A stretch of 64,000 nt of DNA from Dechloromonas sp. (GCA_008933675.1 WBUO01000001.1:19239-83238); one strand, 5' to 3'; shown: positions 28,817 to 41,057, numbered from the stretch's first letter. Made by a program: numbers and translations. Notes: generated by a model not told the origin, from the sequence alone.

Positions 28817-30901
28817 ATGAAAAACAACCAGCCAGTCACCCAACGAGAAGCGCCTTTCCCACCCAACACCTACCTGGTATCGCGGACCGACCTGAAGGGC
28901 ATCATCACCTCGGTCAACGACGCCTTTGTCGAGATCAGCGGCTTCTCCCGCGAGGAACTGATCGGCAAGAACCACAACGTGGTGCGCCACCCGGACATGC
29001 CGGAGGCCGCCTTCCACGACCTGTGGTCGACGGTCAAATCCGGCCTGCCCTGGCGCGGCCTGGTCAAGAATCGTTGCAAGAACGGCGATTTTTACTGGGT
29101 CGAGGCCTTTGTCGTTCCCTTGAAGAAAAATGGGCAGACAACCGGCTACATGTCGGTGCGGACGCCGGCACCGGCTGCCAGACGCAGCGCAGCCGAAGCG
29201 GCCTACGCGGCTGCCGGCCAGAAGGGCAGCCTGCCGGCCACCGGGCGCAGGAGCATTCCGCTGCGCGCCCGCCTGTGGGCGACGATCGCGATCCTGGTTG
29301 CCCTCATGGCCGTCGTCGGCTTCGTCGGACTGAGCGGTTTGCAAAGTACCGACAGGGAATTGCAGGCCATGTACCGGGACAATCTGCAGCCGTCGAACGT
29401 GGTCAACCGGATGATGTTCCTGCTCTCCGACAACCGCTCGCAGATCATGCTCGGCCTGCAGCACGACCCGGTCAATGCTTTCGCCAGGATGCACGATCAT
29501 CCGCTCGATGTGCACATCAACAATACGTTGAACAACCGGCAGGAGATCAATGAACTGCTGGAAAAGCTCAAGTCGGCCCCGTTGAGTGACCGGCAGAAGG
29601 GCTTGCTCGAAACCTTCAGCGCCACCCGCGAGCGCTTCTCGCGCGAAGGCGTCAATATCGCCCGCGATCAGTTGAAGGCCGGCCAGTACGGAGAAGCCAA
29701 CGTCACCCTGCTGCGCAGCATCAATCCGCTTTACGCCGAGATGCAGCGCGACGGCCTGGCGCTGATCCAGGACCTCGCCGACAGTGCCAATACGCGCCAC
29801 ATCGAAGCCGAGGCGCATTACGTGGTGATCCGCAATCTGAGCATCGGCCTGCTCGTCGTCGCCATCCTGCTCTCGCTGGTCGGCGGGCTGCTGCTGGTCC
29901 GTGCCATTGTCGGACCGATCCGCAAGGCTGTCGTGCATTTCGAAGGCATTGCCGAGGGCCGGCTGACCGACGACATCGATATCGGCGGCCGCGACGAGAC
30001 CGGTCTCCTGCTCTGTCAGCTGGCCAGCATGCAGGGCACGCTGAAAGCCATGCTCGACGACATCAGCAGCGCCTCGAAAGCCATCGACTCCCGCAGCAAG
30101 CTGCTCGAAGCGCAGATGGCCCAGGTTGCCACGCAATCCGAACAGCAGCAGGCGAGCGTCGAGGGCGTTGCCGCGGCAACCGAGGAGTTCAGCCAGTCGG
30201 TCCAGGAAGTCGCCGCCAATGCCGAGGACACGGCAACGGCTGCCCGCGAGTCGCAGGCCAAGGTCAACGAGAGCAATGCCAACATCAGCCAGAGCATGGC
30301 GGCAACGACCCGCGTCGTCGAAGCGGTGACCTCCTCCAACGCGACCATCGACCAGCTGAATCAATCGATCGCCAAGATCGGCGACATCACGCGCGTCATC
30401 GCCGACATTGCCAGCCAGACCAACCTGCTGGCCCTGAATGCCGCCATCGAAGCAGCACGTGCCGGCGAACAGGGGCGTGGCTTCGCGGTGGTCGCCGACG
30501 AAGTGCGCAAGCTGGCCGAACGGACCACGACATCGACGGCCGACATCAACGCCACGGTCAGCGAAATCCAGCTGGTCACCGCACAGGCCGTGACCAGCAT
30601 GGATCTCGCCGCCCACGAGGTGGAGAACGGCATCGGCAAGTTGCGCGAGAGCGTTGCCGGACTGGAGGGCATCACCCAGTCGTCCGCCCAGGTCACTCAG
30701 ATGGCCGGGCAGATCTCGGATGCCGCGCGCCAGCAGGGGGTGGCCAGCGAAGAAGTGGCGGTCAGCATGCAGCAGATCACCGATCTCATCGAGCAGAACA
30801 CGCATTCGGCCCGCTCGGCCCGCCAGGCGGCCGACGAATTGCTGCAGACCTCGCGCCAGCTCGACCAGCTGATCTCGGGCTTCGAGCTTTATCGGCGCTG
30901 A
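28817..30901 (+). CDS. Methyl-accepting chemotaxis protein: Aer-type PAS + periplasmic 4-helix bundle + HAMP + signalling domain
   Basis: [17 protein letters not shown], two TM helices about 150 aa apart, and [40 protein letters not shown]. Confidence 0.92.
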   Translation: MKNNQPVTQREAPFPPNTYLVSRTDLKGIITSVNDAFVEISGFSREELIGKNHNVVRHPDMPEAAFHDLWSTVKSGLPWRGLVKNRCKNGDFYWVEAFVVPLKKNGQTTGYMSVRTPAPAARRSAAEAAYAAAGQKGSLPATGRRSIPLRARLWATIAILVALMAVVGFVGLSGLQSTDRELQAMYRDNLQPSNVVNRMMFLLSDNRSQIMLGLQHDPVNAFARMHDHPLDVHINNTLNNRQEINELLEKLKSAPLSDRQKGLLETFSATRERFSREGVNIARDQLKAGQYGEANVTLLRSINPLYAEMQRDGLALIQDLADSANTRHIEAEAHYVVIRNLSIGLLVVAILLSLVGGLLLVRAIVGPIRKAVVHFEGIAEGRLTDDIDIGGRDETGLLLCQLASMQGTLKAMLDDISSASKAIDSRSKLLEAQMAQVATQSEQQQASVEGVAAATEEFSQSVQEVAANAEDTATAARESQAKVNESNANISQSMAATTRVVEAVTSSNATIDQLNQSIAKIGDITRVIADIASQTNLLALNAAIEAARAGEQGRGFAVVADEVRKLAERTTTSTADINATVSEIQLVTAQAVTSMDLAAHEVENGIGKLRESVAGLEGITQSSAQVTQMAGQISDAARQQGVASEEVAVSMQQITDLIEQNTHSARSARQAADELLQTSRQLDQLISGFELYRR

Positions 30902-31078
30902 ACGGCGCACCGGCAGGCACTACAATGGGGGGCTTCCAGCCCCCCATTCGGTTTTCACCCGCCATTCCCACGTCATGCCCCAGCAACAACTCCCGCCGCC
31001 TTGCCAGCCGGCCAGGCCAGCCACCTTTTCCCGGGATGGCGGCGCCGGCCACCCCGCCAGCGCCAGGTTCTTCCGAGC

Positions 31079-32488
31079 ATGAGGCGCCTGATCGCCCTGC
31101 TGGCGCTCTGCCTGAGCGCCCTGCCCGGCCGCGCCGAACTGCCGGCGGCGGTACATCAGGCCCTGGCGGCAGCGCAGATTCCGGCGGGCAGCGTCGCCGT
31201 CGTCATCCAGCCGGTCGACGCAGCGGCGCCGCTGCTCGTCCACAACGCCGGACAGCCGATGAACCCGGCCTCGGTGATGAAGTTGCTGACCACCTATGCC
31301 GCCCTCGATCTCCTCGGCCCGGCCCACACCTGGCAGACCACCGCCTGGTCCGACGCCGTGCCGGCCGGCGGGACGCTCGCCGGCAACCTCTACCTGAAGG
31401 GCAGCGGCGACCCGCGTTTCGCCATCGAGCACCTGTGGGCCCTGCTCCGCCAGCTCCGCGTCCGCGGCATCGAGCGCATTGCCGGCGACATCGTTCTCGA
31501 CGGCAGCGCCTTCGCCCCTGTCGACTTCGATCCGGCAGCCTTCGACAACAAGCCGATGCGCCCCTACAACGTCGGCCCGAGCGCCCTGCTGATCAATTTC
31601 CAGGCCCTGCGCTTCACGCTGCAGCCGGCTGACGGCCAGGCCCGGGTGATGCTCGAGACGCCGAGCGACGGCCTGCGCCTGGACAATCGCCTGCGACTGG
31701 TCGGCGGCCCCTGCGGCAGCGACTGGAAGGACCGCATCAACCTGCGCCTGCAGCCGGAAGCCGATGGCCAGCGCCTGGAGATCAGCGGCACCTACGCTGC
31801 CCTGTGCGGCGAACGGCCGCTCAACCTCGCCCCCCTGTCGCCGGCCACCCAGGCAGCCGGGTTGATCCGTGCCCTCTGGCGCGAACTGGGCGGCGGACTG
31901 CAAGGCCAGGTGCGCGAAGGTCGCCTGCCGGCCATCGCCACCCCGCTGGCCCGCCACGAATCAGCGCCGCTGGCCGAGATCGTCCGCGACATCAACAAGT
32001 TCAGCAACAACGTCATGGCCCGCCAGCTCTTCCTGACGCTGGGCAGCGACGGCACGCCCGAGCAGCCGGCAACGGCCGAGGCTGCCGCCCGGCGCCTGAC
32101 CGACTGGCTGGCCCGTCGCCGCCTGCACTTTCCCGAACTGGTCGTCGACAACGGCTCGGGACTGTCCCGCCGCGAACGCATCAGCGCCGCCAGCATGAAC
32201 CGGCTGCTGGTCGACGCCTGGCACAATCCACTGATGCCCGAATTCGTCTCCAGCCTGCCGCTGACGGGCATCGACGGCACCATGAAGAAGCGCCTGAACG
32301 GCTCGCCGGTTGCCGGCCGCGCCCATATCAAGACCGGCACTCTCGACGGGGTCAGGACCGCCGCCGGCTACGCCCTCGACGGCAGTGGCCGGCGTTACGC
32401 GCTGACGGTCTTCATCAACGATCCCCGGGCCAACGCCGGCAACGCCGCGATCGACGCGCTGCTCAGCTGGGTCGCCGAAAAACCATGA
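31079..32488 (+). CDS. dacB: D-alanyl-D-alanine carboxypeptidase/endopeptidase PBP4
   Basis: Signal peptide, PASVMK (SxxK), SNN, KTGT and GSGDP motifs. Confidence 0.92.
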   Translation: MRRLIALLALCLSALPGRAELPAAVHQALAAAQIPAGSVAVVIQPVDAAAPLLVHNAGQPMNPASVMKLLTTYAALDLLGPAHTWQTTAWSDAVPAGGTLAGNLYLKGSGDPRFAIEHLWALLRQLRVRGIERIAGDIVLDGSAFAPVDFDPAAFDNKPMRPYNVGPSALLINFQALRFTLQPADGQARVMLETPSDGLRLDNRLRLVGGPCGSDWKDRINLRLQPEADGQRLEISGTYAALCGERPLNLAPLSPATQAAGLIRALWRELGGGLQGQVREGRLPAIATPLARHESAPLAEIVRDINKFSNNVMARQLFLTLGSDGTPEQPATAEAAARRLTDWLARRRLHFPELVVDNGSGLSRRERISAASMNRLLVDAWHNPLMPEFVSSLPLTGIDGTMKKRLNGSPVAGRAHIKTGTLDGVRTAAGYALDGSGRRYALTVFINDPRANAGNAAIDALLSWVAEKP

Positions 32489-33225
32489 GCGACGGCGCAT
32501 TTCCCGCTGCCCATTTCGCTGCCCGCGGCCTCAACCGCCAGCACGTCTTCAACATCAACGAACTGCCGGCTGCCATCCTGGCCGGCCTGGAACGCCGGCC
32601 GGCCGAACGCCAGCTGATCCTGCTCGGCCATGCCGGCCGGCAGCTGTGGGATTGCGTGCAGGCCGCCGGCATCCGCGGCGAACACCCGATCGACGATCAT
32701 TGCCGGCAGGCCGTCACCGATTTCTTCGCCGAGCATTTTCCCGACCGCCCCTACCGTCTGCCCTATCCAGGCGATGCTCCGCTCGGCCTGCAGGCGCTGG
32801 GCACGCTGGCCGGCTGGCACCACACCTCGCCCTTCATGATCGGTGTCGATCGCCACTGGGGCAGCTGGTTCGCCTATCGCGCGGTGATTCTCTGCGCCAC
32901 CGATTTCGACCCGACACCGATCGTCGACTACGGCAACCCCTGCCTCGACTGCCGCGCCCAACCCTGCATCGCCGCCTGCCCGGCCGGCGCCGCCGGCACA
33001 CCGTTCAAGCTGAACGCCTGCGCCGACGAGCGGCTACGCCCCGGCTCGCCCTGCGCCTACGGCTGCCAGGCGCGCAACGCCTGCCCGGTCGGCGCCGCGC
33101 ATCGCTATGACGAATCCCAGATCCGGCACAGCTTCGCGCAGTCGCTGGCCATGCTGCGCCAGTGGCGTCAGGTGCCGACCGGCCGCACGCCGGACAGCGC
33201 GAGCCAGCCGCGCACGACGCGGTAG
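32485..33225 (+). CDS. QueG-like Fe-S cluster protein of unknown function
   Basis: ATGA overlap with dacB; WGSWFAYRAV followed by CxxC...PCxxxCP...C...CxxxCxARxxCP. Confidence 0.65.
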   Translation: MSDGAFPAAHFAARGLNRQHVFNINELPAAILAGLERRPAERQLILLGHAGRQLWDCVQAAGIRGEHPIDDHCRQAVTDFFAEHFPDRPYRLPYPGDAPLGLQALGTLAGWHHTSPFMIGVDRHWGSWFAYRAVILCATDFDPTPIVDYGNPCLDCRAQPCIAACPAGAAGTPFKLNACADERLRPGSPCAYGCQARNACPVGAAHRYDESQIRHSFAQSLAMLRQWRQVPTGRTPDSASQPRTTR

Positions 33226-33575
33226 CCGACCCACAGCCCGAGCAGGGCGATCAGGACCCAGGCCAGCGGAATGCCGATGATGGTGACGATCAGCAGGCCA
33301 TAGACCAGCAGCCAGAGCAGCGTGAACCAGAAGGTGCGGATCTGCCAGCGGAAGTGGCTCTCCAGCCAGGTGCCGGCGACGTCGCCGCGCTTCAGGTAAT
33401 TGAGGAAGACGGCAAGCAGCGACGGCAGACCGAAGACGAAGCCGCCGGCCACCGTCGCCGAGGAGGTGACGCCGATGACGACGGCCACCGCATGCAGGCC
33501 GTAGATGATGTGGGTCAGCTGGACCAGCGAGGGACGGACGCCCTGAAGATCGGCTACGGGAATCGGGTTGTTCAT
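33168..33575 (-). CDS. DUF4870-like membrane protein
   Basis: IYGLHA...YLKRGDVAGTWLESHFRWQIRTFW with three TM segments. Confidence 0.75.
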   Translation of the reverse strand: MNNPIPVADLQGVRPSLVQLTHIIYGLHAVAVVIGVTSSATVAGGFVFGLPSLLAVFLNYLKRGDVAGTWLESHFRWQIRTFWFTLLWLLVYGLLIVTIIGIPLAWVLIALLGLWVGYRVVRGWLALSGVRPVGT

Positions 33576-34066
33576 GACGCATCCTCCATCAGGATTTTCT
33601 GCAGGAAAAGGGCATGGCCGGCCTGCGGATCCAGCACATAGGGGGCAAAGCCGGCGCGGGCATAGGCGGCCAGCGCCTTTTCGTTGTTGGCCAGCACTTC
33701 CAGGGTCAGCTTGCAGCAACCCAGTTCACCGGCGCGCCGCGCCGCCCAGTCGAGCAGCACCTGGGCGATCGCGCGGCCGCGCCAGGCGCTGTGCACGACG
33801 ATGTCGTGAATGTTCAGCAGGGGTCGGGCGGCGAAGGTCGAGAAGCCGGCGAAGCAGTTGATCAGGCCCACCGCCTCGTCGCCGGCCATGGCCAGGGCCG
33901 CGTGAAAGCCGGGCAGCTGCCGCAGGCGGCCGACGAGGTGGCGCCGCGCGTAGTCGGACAGCCCGCTGCCGCCCCCCATCGGATCACGCGCATAGTGGTC
34001 GAGCAAGGCGAGCCAGGCCGAGGCCTGCTGCGGGTCGTCGAGATCGAGCGGAATGGCGGCAAACAT
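33572..34066 (-). CDS. GNAT-family N-acetyltransferase
   Basis: LNIHDIVVHSAWRGRAIA, KLTLEVLANN and YARAGF motifs. Confidence 0.88.
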   Translation of the reverse strand: MFAAIPLDLDDPQQASAWLALLDHYARDPMGGGSGLSDYARRHLVGRLRQLPGFHAALAMAGDEAVGLINCFAGFSTFAARPLLNIHDIVVHSAWRGRAIAQVLLDWAARRAGELGCCKLTLEVLANNEKALAAYARAGFAPYVLDPQAGHALFLQKILMEDAS

Positions 34067-34188
34067 GCGAATCCTCCTCTGGGCGGGCCGCCCGCCTCGC
34101 CAATGCCCATGCAGTTGCGCTACAGTACGTCGGTCGGCCCCAGAGCCGACGATGATACGACAAGCCGCAACGGCACAAGGGAGTCTCC

Positions 34189-35130
34189 ATGCAACGCAGA
34201 CAGTTTGGCCTCTACGCCCTCTTCGGGCTGTCCGGGCTGGCGGCGCTTCCCGTCATCGCCGCCCAGCCCGGCAAACGCAAACAGCTCGTGGCCTTCGCCC
34301 AGGACACCATGGCCAACGACTGGCGGGCTGCCCAGGTGCGCGATCTGCAGGAAGCACTGGCGGCGCATTCCGGTATCGAATTCGTCTTCAGCGACGCCAA
34401 GGGCGACACCGCCCGCCAGGTCCAGGACATCGAGAACTTCGCCGCCCAGGGCGTCGACGTGCTGATCACCAGCCCGCGCGACGCCGAGTTGATGCGCGAG
34501 CCGATCGCCCGCCTCCACCGCCGGGGGATTCCGGTGATCCTGCTGTCCCGTCGGGTCAACGGCGAGGAATTCACCCATTTCGTCACCGCCGACAATCGCG
34601 CCATCGCCCGCCAGGCGGCGCAATACCTGGCCAGACGCCTGAACGGCAAGGGGCGCATCCTGATGCTGCAGCATATCCCGACGACCACCCCGGGACAGTT
34701 GCGGACCGAGGGTTTCCTCGAGGAACTGAAAAAGCATCCGGGGCTCAGCGTGGTCGCCATCAAGCAGGCCGATTCCCAGCGGGCGCTGGCCATCCAGAAA
34801 GTGGAGGAAGCACTGGCCGAGAAACTCGGATTCGATGCCATCTATGCCCAGTCGGACAGCATGGCGATGGGTGCCATCCTCGCCCTGAAGATGGCCGGAC
34901 GCGACCCGAAGCAGATACCGATCACCGGCATCGACTACATCAGCGAGGCCCGCAACGCCATTCGCAGCGGTGAGCTGGCCGCCAGTTTCACCTACCCGAC
35001 CTTCGGCCGTGAAGGCGCCGAAGCGGCGATCGCCCTGCTCCGCGGCGGCAAGCCGGCAGCGCGTGAGGTCATCGTCAAATCGATTGCCGTCACCCGCGAC
35101 AACGTCGAACGGATCGCCCCCATCTTCTGA
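34189..35130 (+). CDS. RbsB/LacI-type periplasmic sugar-binding protein with a twin-arginine signal
   Basis: MQRRQFGL leader, [19 protein letters not shown] and ITGIDY (class I periplasmic binding fold). Confidence 0.85.
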   Translation: MQRRQFGLYALFGLSGLAALPVIAAQPGKRKQLVAFAQDTMANDWRAAQVRDLQEALAAHSGIEFVFSDAKGDTARQVQDIENFAAQGVDVLITSPRDAELMREPIARLHRRGIPVILLSRRVNGEEFTHFVTADNRAIARQAAQYLARRLNGKGRILMLQHIPTTTPGQLRTEGFLEELKKHPGLSVVAIKQADSQRALAIQKVEEALAEKLGFDAIYAQSDSMAMGAILALKMAGRDPKQIPITGIDYISEARNAIRSGELAASFTYPTFGREGAEAAIALLRGGKPAAREVIVKSIAVTRDNVERIAPIF

Positions 35131-35131
35131 C

Positions 35132-38100
35132 ATGCCGCGCCTGTCGCTGGCCCAGCGCCTGCTCATCTTCTGGTTTGCCGCGACGATCGCCGTCCTCGTC
35201 GTCGCCGGCGGCATCCACAGCGCCCTCCGCCAACACTCGCTGGCCAAGGAAAGCGAGCGTCTGCTGCACCAGGCCATGGTGCGTCTGGACAACGAGCTCA
35301 ATCATGCTGGCAACGAACTGCTCGGCATCGGCAATTCGCTGAGCGCCTCTCCCAAGCTGCTGGCAACGCTGAATCTGTTCCACGGCTATTTTGCCGCCGC
35401 CACCGGCAGTCCGGACATCTTCGATGCACCGGCCGAAGAACTGGCCAGCATGCTGGGCGAGAGCGCCCGCACGGCCGATCTCGACTGGGTGATCGTCTAC
35501 GGCGCCCACGGACCGATTGCCGGCTTTGCCGGCGAGCGCAACCTGTACTGGTCGCAACGCGAAGGACAGGATCTCCAGCTGTTTGCCAGCAAGAACCGTC
35601 TATCCCCCTTCGAGGCGCAACAGACACCCCGCGAATGGCTGGCGGCCGCCAGCCACGACGGCGCAGCTCACCTGGCCCGCTGCCGGACCGGCGCCGGGCT
35701 GGCCATCGTCCGTGAACTGACGATCGGCGCTGACAAGCCGATCGGCCGTATCTCCCTCGGCCGCTGCCTGGACCAGAACCTGATCGACACGATGGCTGCC
35801 GAAGCCGGCATTCCCCTGGCCATCGAAGCCAATGGTCGCCTGCAATCGGCCGGCATGGCCAATGTCGACACCGGGCTGGCGCACGATAGCGGCGAAGCCC
35901 CCCGACTGCACTGGTTGAGCACGCCACGTATCGGCCGCAGCGACAACTCGACTTTCGCCGTCGCCACCGCCCCCCTGGCCGACGGTGAGCAGGCGCGTGC
36001 CGTCTTCGCCCGCGATCTGGCGCAGGGCGACAATGACACGGCCAACCTGATCGGCGCCGGCCTGCTCGCCCTGCTCGGCGTTTCGCTGCTGGTCATGATC
36101 GGCGGCCTGGTTTTCATGCGGCGCCAGGTGACGGCGCCGCTCGCGCACCTGATGGCCGCAGTCGACTCGGCACGTGCCGGCCACTTCGCGCCGCTGAGCG
36201 CCCCCATGCCGGACAACGAACTGGGCCGCCTGGCAGCCGTGCTCAACGAGACGATGGCCGAGCTGCTGCGCCAGCAGACCCATCTGCACACCCTGGTAGC
36301 GACCATCCCGGATCTCATCTGGCTGAAGGACAAGGATGGCGTTTACCTGGCCTGCAACCCGCGCTTCGAGGAGTTCTTCGGCGCCAGCGAGCGGGAAATC
36401 GTCGGCCGGACCGACTTCGACTTCGTCGACGCCGAACTGGCCGGGTTCTTCCGCCGCAACGATCAGGCCGCCATGGCGGCCGGCGGCCCGAGCAGCAACG
36501 AGGAATGGCTGACTTTCGCACGCGGCGGCTATCGCGGCCTCTTTTCGACGACCAAGACGCCGATGTCGCTGCCCGATGGCACGCTGATCGGCGTTCTCGG
36601 CGTCGCCCACGACATCACCCCGCTGCGCCGGGCTCTCGACGAACTGGCCGGGCATCGTGACCGCCTGGAGGAGAAGGTCAGCGAACGTACCGCCGCCCTG
36701 GAAAGGACTCACCGCCAGTTGCTCGAAACACAATTCGCCATGGACAGCGTCGGCATCGGCATTCACTGGGTCGACCCCGGCGACGGGCGGATCACCTATG
36801 TGAACCGCCACGCCGCCGACATGCTCGGTTACACCGTCCAGGAGATGCTGGCCATGCGCGTCCCCGACATCGACGACAAGGTCACTCCGGAGTTCTTCGC
36901 CGCCACCATCGATCAGGTACGGCGCGAAGGATCGCTGCAGATCGAAAGCGTGCAGAAAGCCCGCGACGGCCGCCGCATCCCGGTGGAAATCAGCCTCTAT
37001 CACCGCCCGGGCTGCGACGAACAGCCGGAACGCCTGATCTCCTTCATCAGCGACATCAGCCGGCGCAAGGAGGCCGAACTGGCGCTACAGCACGCCAAGG
37101 ATGCCGCCGATGCGGCGAATCAGTCGAAGAGCCGCTTCCTCGCCAACATGTCGCACGAGATACGTACCCCGCTCGGCGCCATCACCGGCATGGCCAATCT
37201 GATCCGGCGCGCCGGCCTGCCCCCTGAACAGAGCGAACGCCTGAACAAGATCGAGATGGCCGGCCATCACCTGCTCGAAGTGATCAACGCGATCCTCGAC
37301 CTCTCGAAGATCGAGGCCGGCAAGTTCGAGCTGGAGGAAAGCGACGTCAACACGGGCGCCGTCGTCGCCAATGTCGCCTCGATCATGCAGGACAAGGCAC
37401 AGGAAAAAGGCCTGCAACTGATCGTCGACAGCGAGCCGCAGCCGGTTCCGCTGCTCGGCGACCCGACCCGCCTGCAGCAGGCCCTGCTCAACTTCGCCGG
37501 CAATGCCATCAAGTTCACCGAACAAGGCAGCGTCACGCTGCGCGTCCGTCACGAAGAAGCAACGGCGGAGACGCAGGTGGTGCGCTTCGAGGTCGAGGAC
37601 ACCGGCGTCGGCATCGACGAGGAGACGCAGGGCCGGCTGTTCAGCGCTTTCGAGCAGGCCGACAACACGATCAGCCGGCGCTTCGGCGGCAGCGGCCTGG
37701 GGCTCGTCATCAGCCGCCGACTGGCCCAGGCCATGGGCGGCAATGCCGGCGTACACAGCGTGCCCGGTGAGGGCAGCACCTTCTGGTTCACCGTCCGTCT
37801 GAAGAAGGGCACAACAGAGCGGCTGGCATCCGAGACTTCGCAGCACGGCGAAGCGGCGGAAGATATCCTCGCCCGCGACTTCCGCCATTGCCGCTTGTTG
37901 CTGGCCGAGGATGAGCCGGTCAACCGCGAAGTGGCGCTGAGCCTGTTCGAGGACGTCGGCATCACCGTCGACAGTGCCGAGGACGGCCGGCAAGCCCTGG
38001 CGCTCAGCAGCGAGCGCGACTACGACCTGATCCTGATGGACATGCAGATGCCGAACATGGACGGTCTCGAAGCCACCCGGCAGATTCGCAACCGCCCGGG

Positions 38101-38260
38101 GCAGCGGCACATTCCCATCCTGGCGATGACGGCCAACGCCTTCGCCGAGGACAAGGCGCGCTGCCTGGAAGCCGGCATGGACGACTTCATCACCAAGCCG
38201 GTCGACCCGGATCTCCTGTTCGCCGCGGTGCTGAAGTGGCTGCGCCGCCCCCCCGCCTGA
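35132..38260 (+). CDS. Hybrid sensor kinase (periplasmic domain-HAMP-2xPAS-HisKA-HATPase-REC)
   Basis: [39 protein letters not shown] and KPVD; starts 1 bp after the binding-protein stop. Confidence 0.9.
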   Translation: MPRLSLAQRLLIFWFAATIAVLVVAGGIHSALRQHSLAKESERLLHQAMVRLDNELNHAGNELLGIGNSLSASPKLLATLNLFHGYFAAATGSPDIFDAPAEELASMLGESARTADLDWVIVYGAHGPIAGFAGERNLYWSQREGQDLQLFASKNRLSPFEAQQTPREWLAAASHDGAAHLARCRTGAGLAIVRELTIGADKPIGRISLGRCLDQNLIDTMAAEAGIPLAIEANGRLQSAGMANVDTGLAHDSGEAPRLHWLSTPRIGRSDNSTFAVATAPLADGEQARAVFARDLAQGDNDTANLIGAGLLALLGVSLLVMIGGLVFMRRQVTAPLAHLMAAVDSARAGHFAPLSAPMPDNELGRLAAVLNETMAELLRQQTHLHTLVATIPDLIWLKDKDGVYLACNPRFEEFFGASEREIVGRTDFDFVDAELAGFFRRNDQAAMAAGGPSSNEEWLTFARGGYRGLFSTTKTPMSLPDGTLIGVLGVAHDITPLRRALDELAGHRDRLEEKVSERTAALERTHRQLLETQFAMDSVGIGIHWVDPGDGRITYVNRHAADMLGYTVQEMLAMRVPDIDDKVTPEFFAATIDQVRREGSLQIESVQKARDGRRIPVEISLYHRPGCDEQPERLISFISDISRRKEAELALQHAKDAADAANQSKSRFLANMSHEIRTPLGAITGMANLIRRAGLPPEQSERLNKIEMAGHHLLEVINAILDLSKIEAGKFELEESDVNTGAVVANVASIMQDKAQEKGLQLIVDSEPQPVPLLGDPTRLQQALLNFAGNAIKFTEQGSVTLRVRHEEATAETQVVRFEVEDTGVGIDEETQGRLFSAFEQADNTISRRFGGSGLGLVISRRLAQAMGGNAGVHSVPGEGSTFWFTVRLKKGTTERLASETSQHGEAAEDILARDFRHCRLLLAEDEPVNREVALSLFEDVGITVDSAEDGRQALALSSERDYDLILMDMQMPNMDGLEATRQIRNRPGQRHIPILAMTANAFAEDKARCLEAGMDDFITKPVDPDLLFAAVLKWLRRPPA

Positions 38261-38272
38261 AACGGCAACCGG

Positions 38273-39748
38273 CTACAGACCGAGCTCGCCCCACAGGTCG
38301 TCGACGCGCTGCCTGACGGCGGTGTCCATGACGATCGGCCGGCCCCATTCGCGGCTGGTCTCGCCCGGCCACTTGTTGGTCGCGTCGATACCCATCTTCG
38401 AACCGAGGCCGGCGACCGGCGAGGCGAAGTCGAGATAGTCGATCGGCGTGTTGTCGACCAGCGTCGTGTCGCGCACCGCGTCGAAGCGCGTGGTCATCGC
38501 CCAGATCACTTCCTTCCAGTCGCGGATGTCGATGTCGTCGTCCACGACGACGATGGTCTTGGTGTACATGAACTGGCGCAGGAAAGACCAGATGCCGAAC
38601 ATCACCCGCTTGGCGTGGCCGGGATAGGCCTTCTTGATCGAGACGATGGCCATGCGGTAGGAACAGCCTTCCGGCGGCAGGTAGAAATCGACGATCTCGG
38701 TGAACTGCTTCTGCAGCAGCGGCACGAACACCTCGTTCAGGGCCACGCCCAGTACCGCCGGCTCGTCGGGCGGCTTGCCGGTGTAGGTGCTGTGGTAGAT
38801 CGGGTTCTTGCGCATGGTGATGCGCTCGATGGTGAACACCGGGAATTCGGCCTGCTCGTTGTAGTAGCCGGTGTGGTCACCGTAGGGGCCTTCCAGCGCC
38901 ATTTCGCCGGGATGGATGACGCCTTCCAGCACGATCTCGGCGGAAGCGGGCACTTGCAAACCGGAGCCGAGGCACTGCGTCAGCTCGGTCTTGCCGCCGC
39001 GCAGCAGGCCGGCAAACTGGTATTCGGACAGCGAATCGGGCACCGGCGTTACCGCGCCGAGGATGGTCGCCGGGTCGCAGCCCAGAACCACCGCCACCGG
39101 GAAGGGCTGGCCGGGATTGGCCAGCTGGAATTCGCGAAAATCGAGCGCCCCGCCACGATGCGCCAGCCAGCGCATGATCACCTTGTTCGGCCCGAGCACC
39201 TGCTGGCGGTAGATGCCGAGGTTCTGGCGGTTCTTGTGCGGCCCCCTGGTGACCACCAGGCCCCAGGTGATCAGCGGTGCGACGTCGCCGGGCCAGCAAT
39301 GCTGGATCGGCAGCCGCGAGAGGTCGACGTCCTTGCCTTCCCGGACAACCTCCTGGCAGGGCGCGTTCGACACCTTCTTGGGCGCCATGTTGAGCACTTG
39401 TTTCAGCACCGGCAGCTTGTCCCAGGCATCCTTCAGCCCTTTCGGCGGCTCCGGCTCCTTGAGGTAGGCGAGCAGCTTGCCGACCTCGCGCAGCGCCTGC
39501 ACCGAATCCTCGCCCATGCCCAGCGCGACGCGCTTCGGCGTGCCGAACAGGTTGGTGAGTACCGGCATCTCGTGACGCCGGCCCTGCGTGTGGGCCTTTT
39601 CGAAGAGCAGCGCCGGGCCGCCGGCACGCAGCACGCGGTCGCCGATCTCGGTCATTTCCAGATGGGTATCGACGTCGACCGCGACACGCTTGAGTTCGCC
39701 GGTCTTCTCCAGTTGCGACAGGAAGTCGCGCAGGTCGTGGTATTTCAT
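38273..39748 (-). CDS. ubiD: 4-hydroxy-3-polyprenylbenzoate decarboxylase
   Basis: [32 protein letters not shown] and [19 protein letters not shown] motifs. Confidence 0.96.
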   Translation of the reverse strand: MKYHDLRDFLSQLEKTGELKRVAVDVDTHLEMTEIGDRVLRAGGPALLFEKAHTQGRRHEMPVLTNLFGTPKRVALGMGEDSVQALREVGKLLAYLKEPEPPKGLKDAWDKLPVLKQVLNMAPKKVSNAPCQEVVREGKDVDLSRLPIQHCWPGDVAPLITWGLVVTRGPHKNRQNLGIYRQQVLGPNKVIMRWLAHRGGALDFREFQLANPGQPFPVAVVLGCDPATILGAVTPVPDSLSEYQFAGLLRGGKTELTQCLGSGLQVPASAEIVLEGVIHPGEMALEGPYGDHTGYYNEQAEFPVFTIERITMRKNPIYHSTYTGKPPDEPAVLGVALNEVFVPLLQKQFTEIVDFYLPPEGCSYRMAIVSIKKAYPGHAKRVMFGIWSFLRQFMYTKTIVVVDDDIDIRDWKEVIWAMTTRFDAVRDTTLVDNTPIDYLDFASPVAGLGSKMGIDATNKWPGETSREWGRPIVMDTAVRQRVDDLWGELGL

Positions 39749-40170
39749 CGAATCCGCCAGGAGTAGTGACACGCCACGCAGGTGCCGGTCAGATTGGGAA
39801 GCAGCGCCAGGGCCTTGTCGCGGTCGCCGCTGGCCGCCGCTTTGGCGAAGGCGCTGGCGGCCTGGTGCCCGTCCATGCCGATACCGTGCATGGCAGGCGG
39901 CATGTGCGGACCGGGACGGGCGTCAAAGGGCTTGCTCCGGTGCTTGCCCATGGCCGAGACGCCCAGTTCGGCCTCGGCCAGGGCTCCGGCCTCGACCACC
40001 TTGCCGGCCGCCATCAGCGTCAGCACTTCATTGAGGGCCACCAGGTTGCCGAGCATTTCCTGACGCAGGCTTTCCTGCGCCGCCGGCGGCAAGGACGCCA
40101 TTTGGCGCGCATCCTCGGCACAGGCCAGGATCGGCAACAGACACCCGGCAACGACAGACAGATGCTTCAT
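39745..40170 (-). CDS. Class II (c'/c556-like) periplasmic cytochrome c
   Basis: Signal peptide, helical body and C-terminal CVACH heme motif; 4-bp overlaps with both ubiA and ubiD. Confidence 0.75.
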   Translation of the reverse strand: MKHLSVVAGCLLPILACAEDARQMASLPPAAQESLRQEMLGNLVALNEVLTLMAAGKVVEAGALAEAELGVSAMGKHRSKPFDARPGPHMPPAMHGIGMDGHQAASAFAKAAASGDRDKALALLPNLTGTCVACHYSWRIR

Positions 40171-41057
40171 CCCGTGCTCCTTCCGGACAGCAGAAAATCG
40201 ATGACGATACCGCCGAAGATGACGGCACCGACCCAGTTGTTATGCAGGAAAGCCTTGAAGCAGGCCATGCGCTCGCGACCGCGGATCCAGGTGAAATGCA
40301 CCCCCATGATCACCGCCGCGACGAACAGGCTGGCGAAGTAGGGCCAGCCCAGCTGCCAGTGCCAGCCCAGGCCGCCAAGGATGGCGAGCGTCGAGAGGTA
40401 GCACAGCATCACTGCCGCGACGTCGAAACGGCCGAAAGTGATCGCCGATGTCTTGATGCCGATCTTCAGGTCATCGTTGCGGTCGACCATCGCATACTCG
40501 GTGTCGTAGGCGATCGCCCAGAAGATGTTGGCAAGCAGCAGCCACCATGCCTCGCCCGGCACCGCGTCGAGATGTGCCGCGTAGGCCATCGGGATGCCGA
40601 AGCCGAAGGCGATGCCGAGGTAGGCCTGGGGAATGGCGAAGAAGCGCTTGGTGAAGGGATAACTCGCCGCCAGGAAGACCGCCGGAACCGACAGCCAGAT
40701 CACCAGCGGCTTGCCGAGCAACAGCACCAGCCCGAAGGCGAGCAGGCAAAGGAAGGCGAACAGCATCAGCGCCTCCCTGGTACTGACCCGGCCGGCCGTC
40801 AGCGGTCGTTCCTTCGTCCGTTCGACATGTTTGTCGAAGTCACGGTCGGCGTAGTCGTTGATGACGCAACCGGCCGAACGCATGAGCACGGTGCCGAGCA
40901 CGAAGACCAGCACCACCGCCCAGTCCGGGCGGCCGGCCGCCGACAGCCACAAGGCCCAGAGTGTCGGCCAGAGCAGCAGCAGGATGCCGATCGGCTTGTC
41001 CAGCCGCATCAGGCGCTCGTAGAGATCGAGCCGTTCGCGGATGGCCTGCCACTGCAT
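40167..41057 (-). CDS. ubiA: 4-hydroxybenzoate polyprenyltransferase
   Basis: [18 protein letters not shown]...RT..RPL and YAMVDRNDD motifs. Confidence 0.96.
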   Translation of the reverse strand: MQWQAIRERLDLYERLMRLDKPIGILLLLWPTLWALWLSAAGRPDWAVVLVFVLGTVLMRSAGCVINDYADRDFDKHVERTKERPLTAGRVSTREALMLFAFLCLLAFGLVLLLGKPLVIWLSVPAVFLAASYPFTKRFFAIPQAYLGIAFGFGIPMAYAAHLDAVPGEAWWLLLANIFWAIAYDTEYAMVDRNDDLKIGIKTSAITFGRFDVAAVMLCYLSTLAILGGLGWHWQLGWPYFASLFVAAVIMGVHFTWIRGRERMACFKAFLHNNWVGAVIFGGIVIDFLLSGRSTG

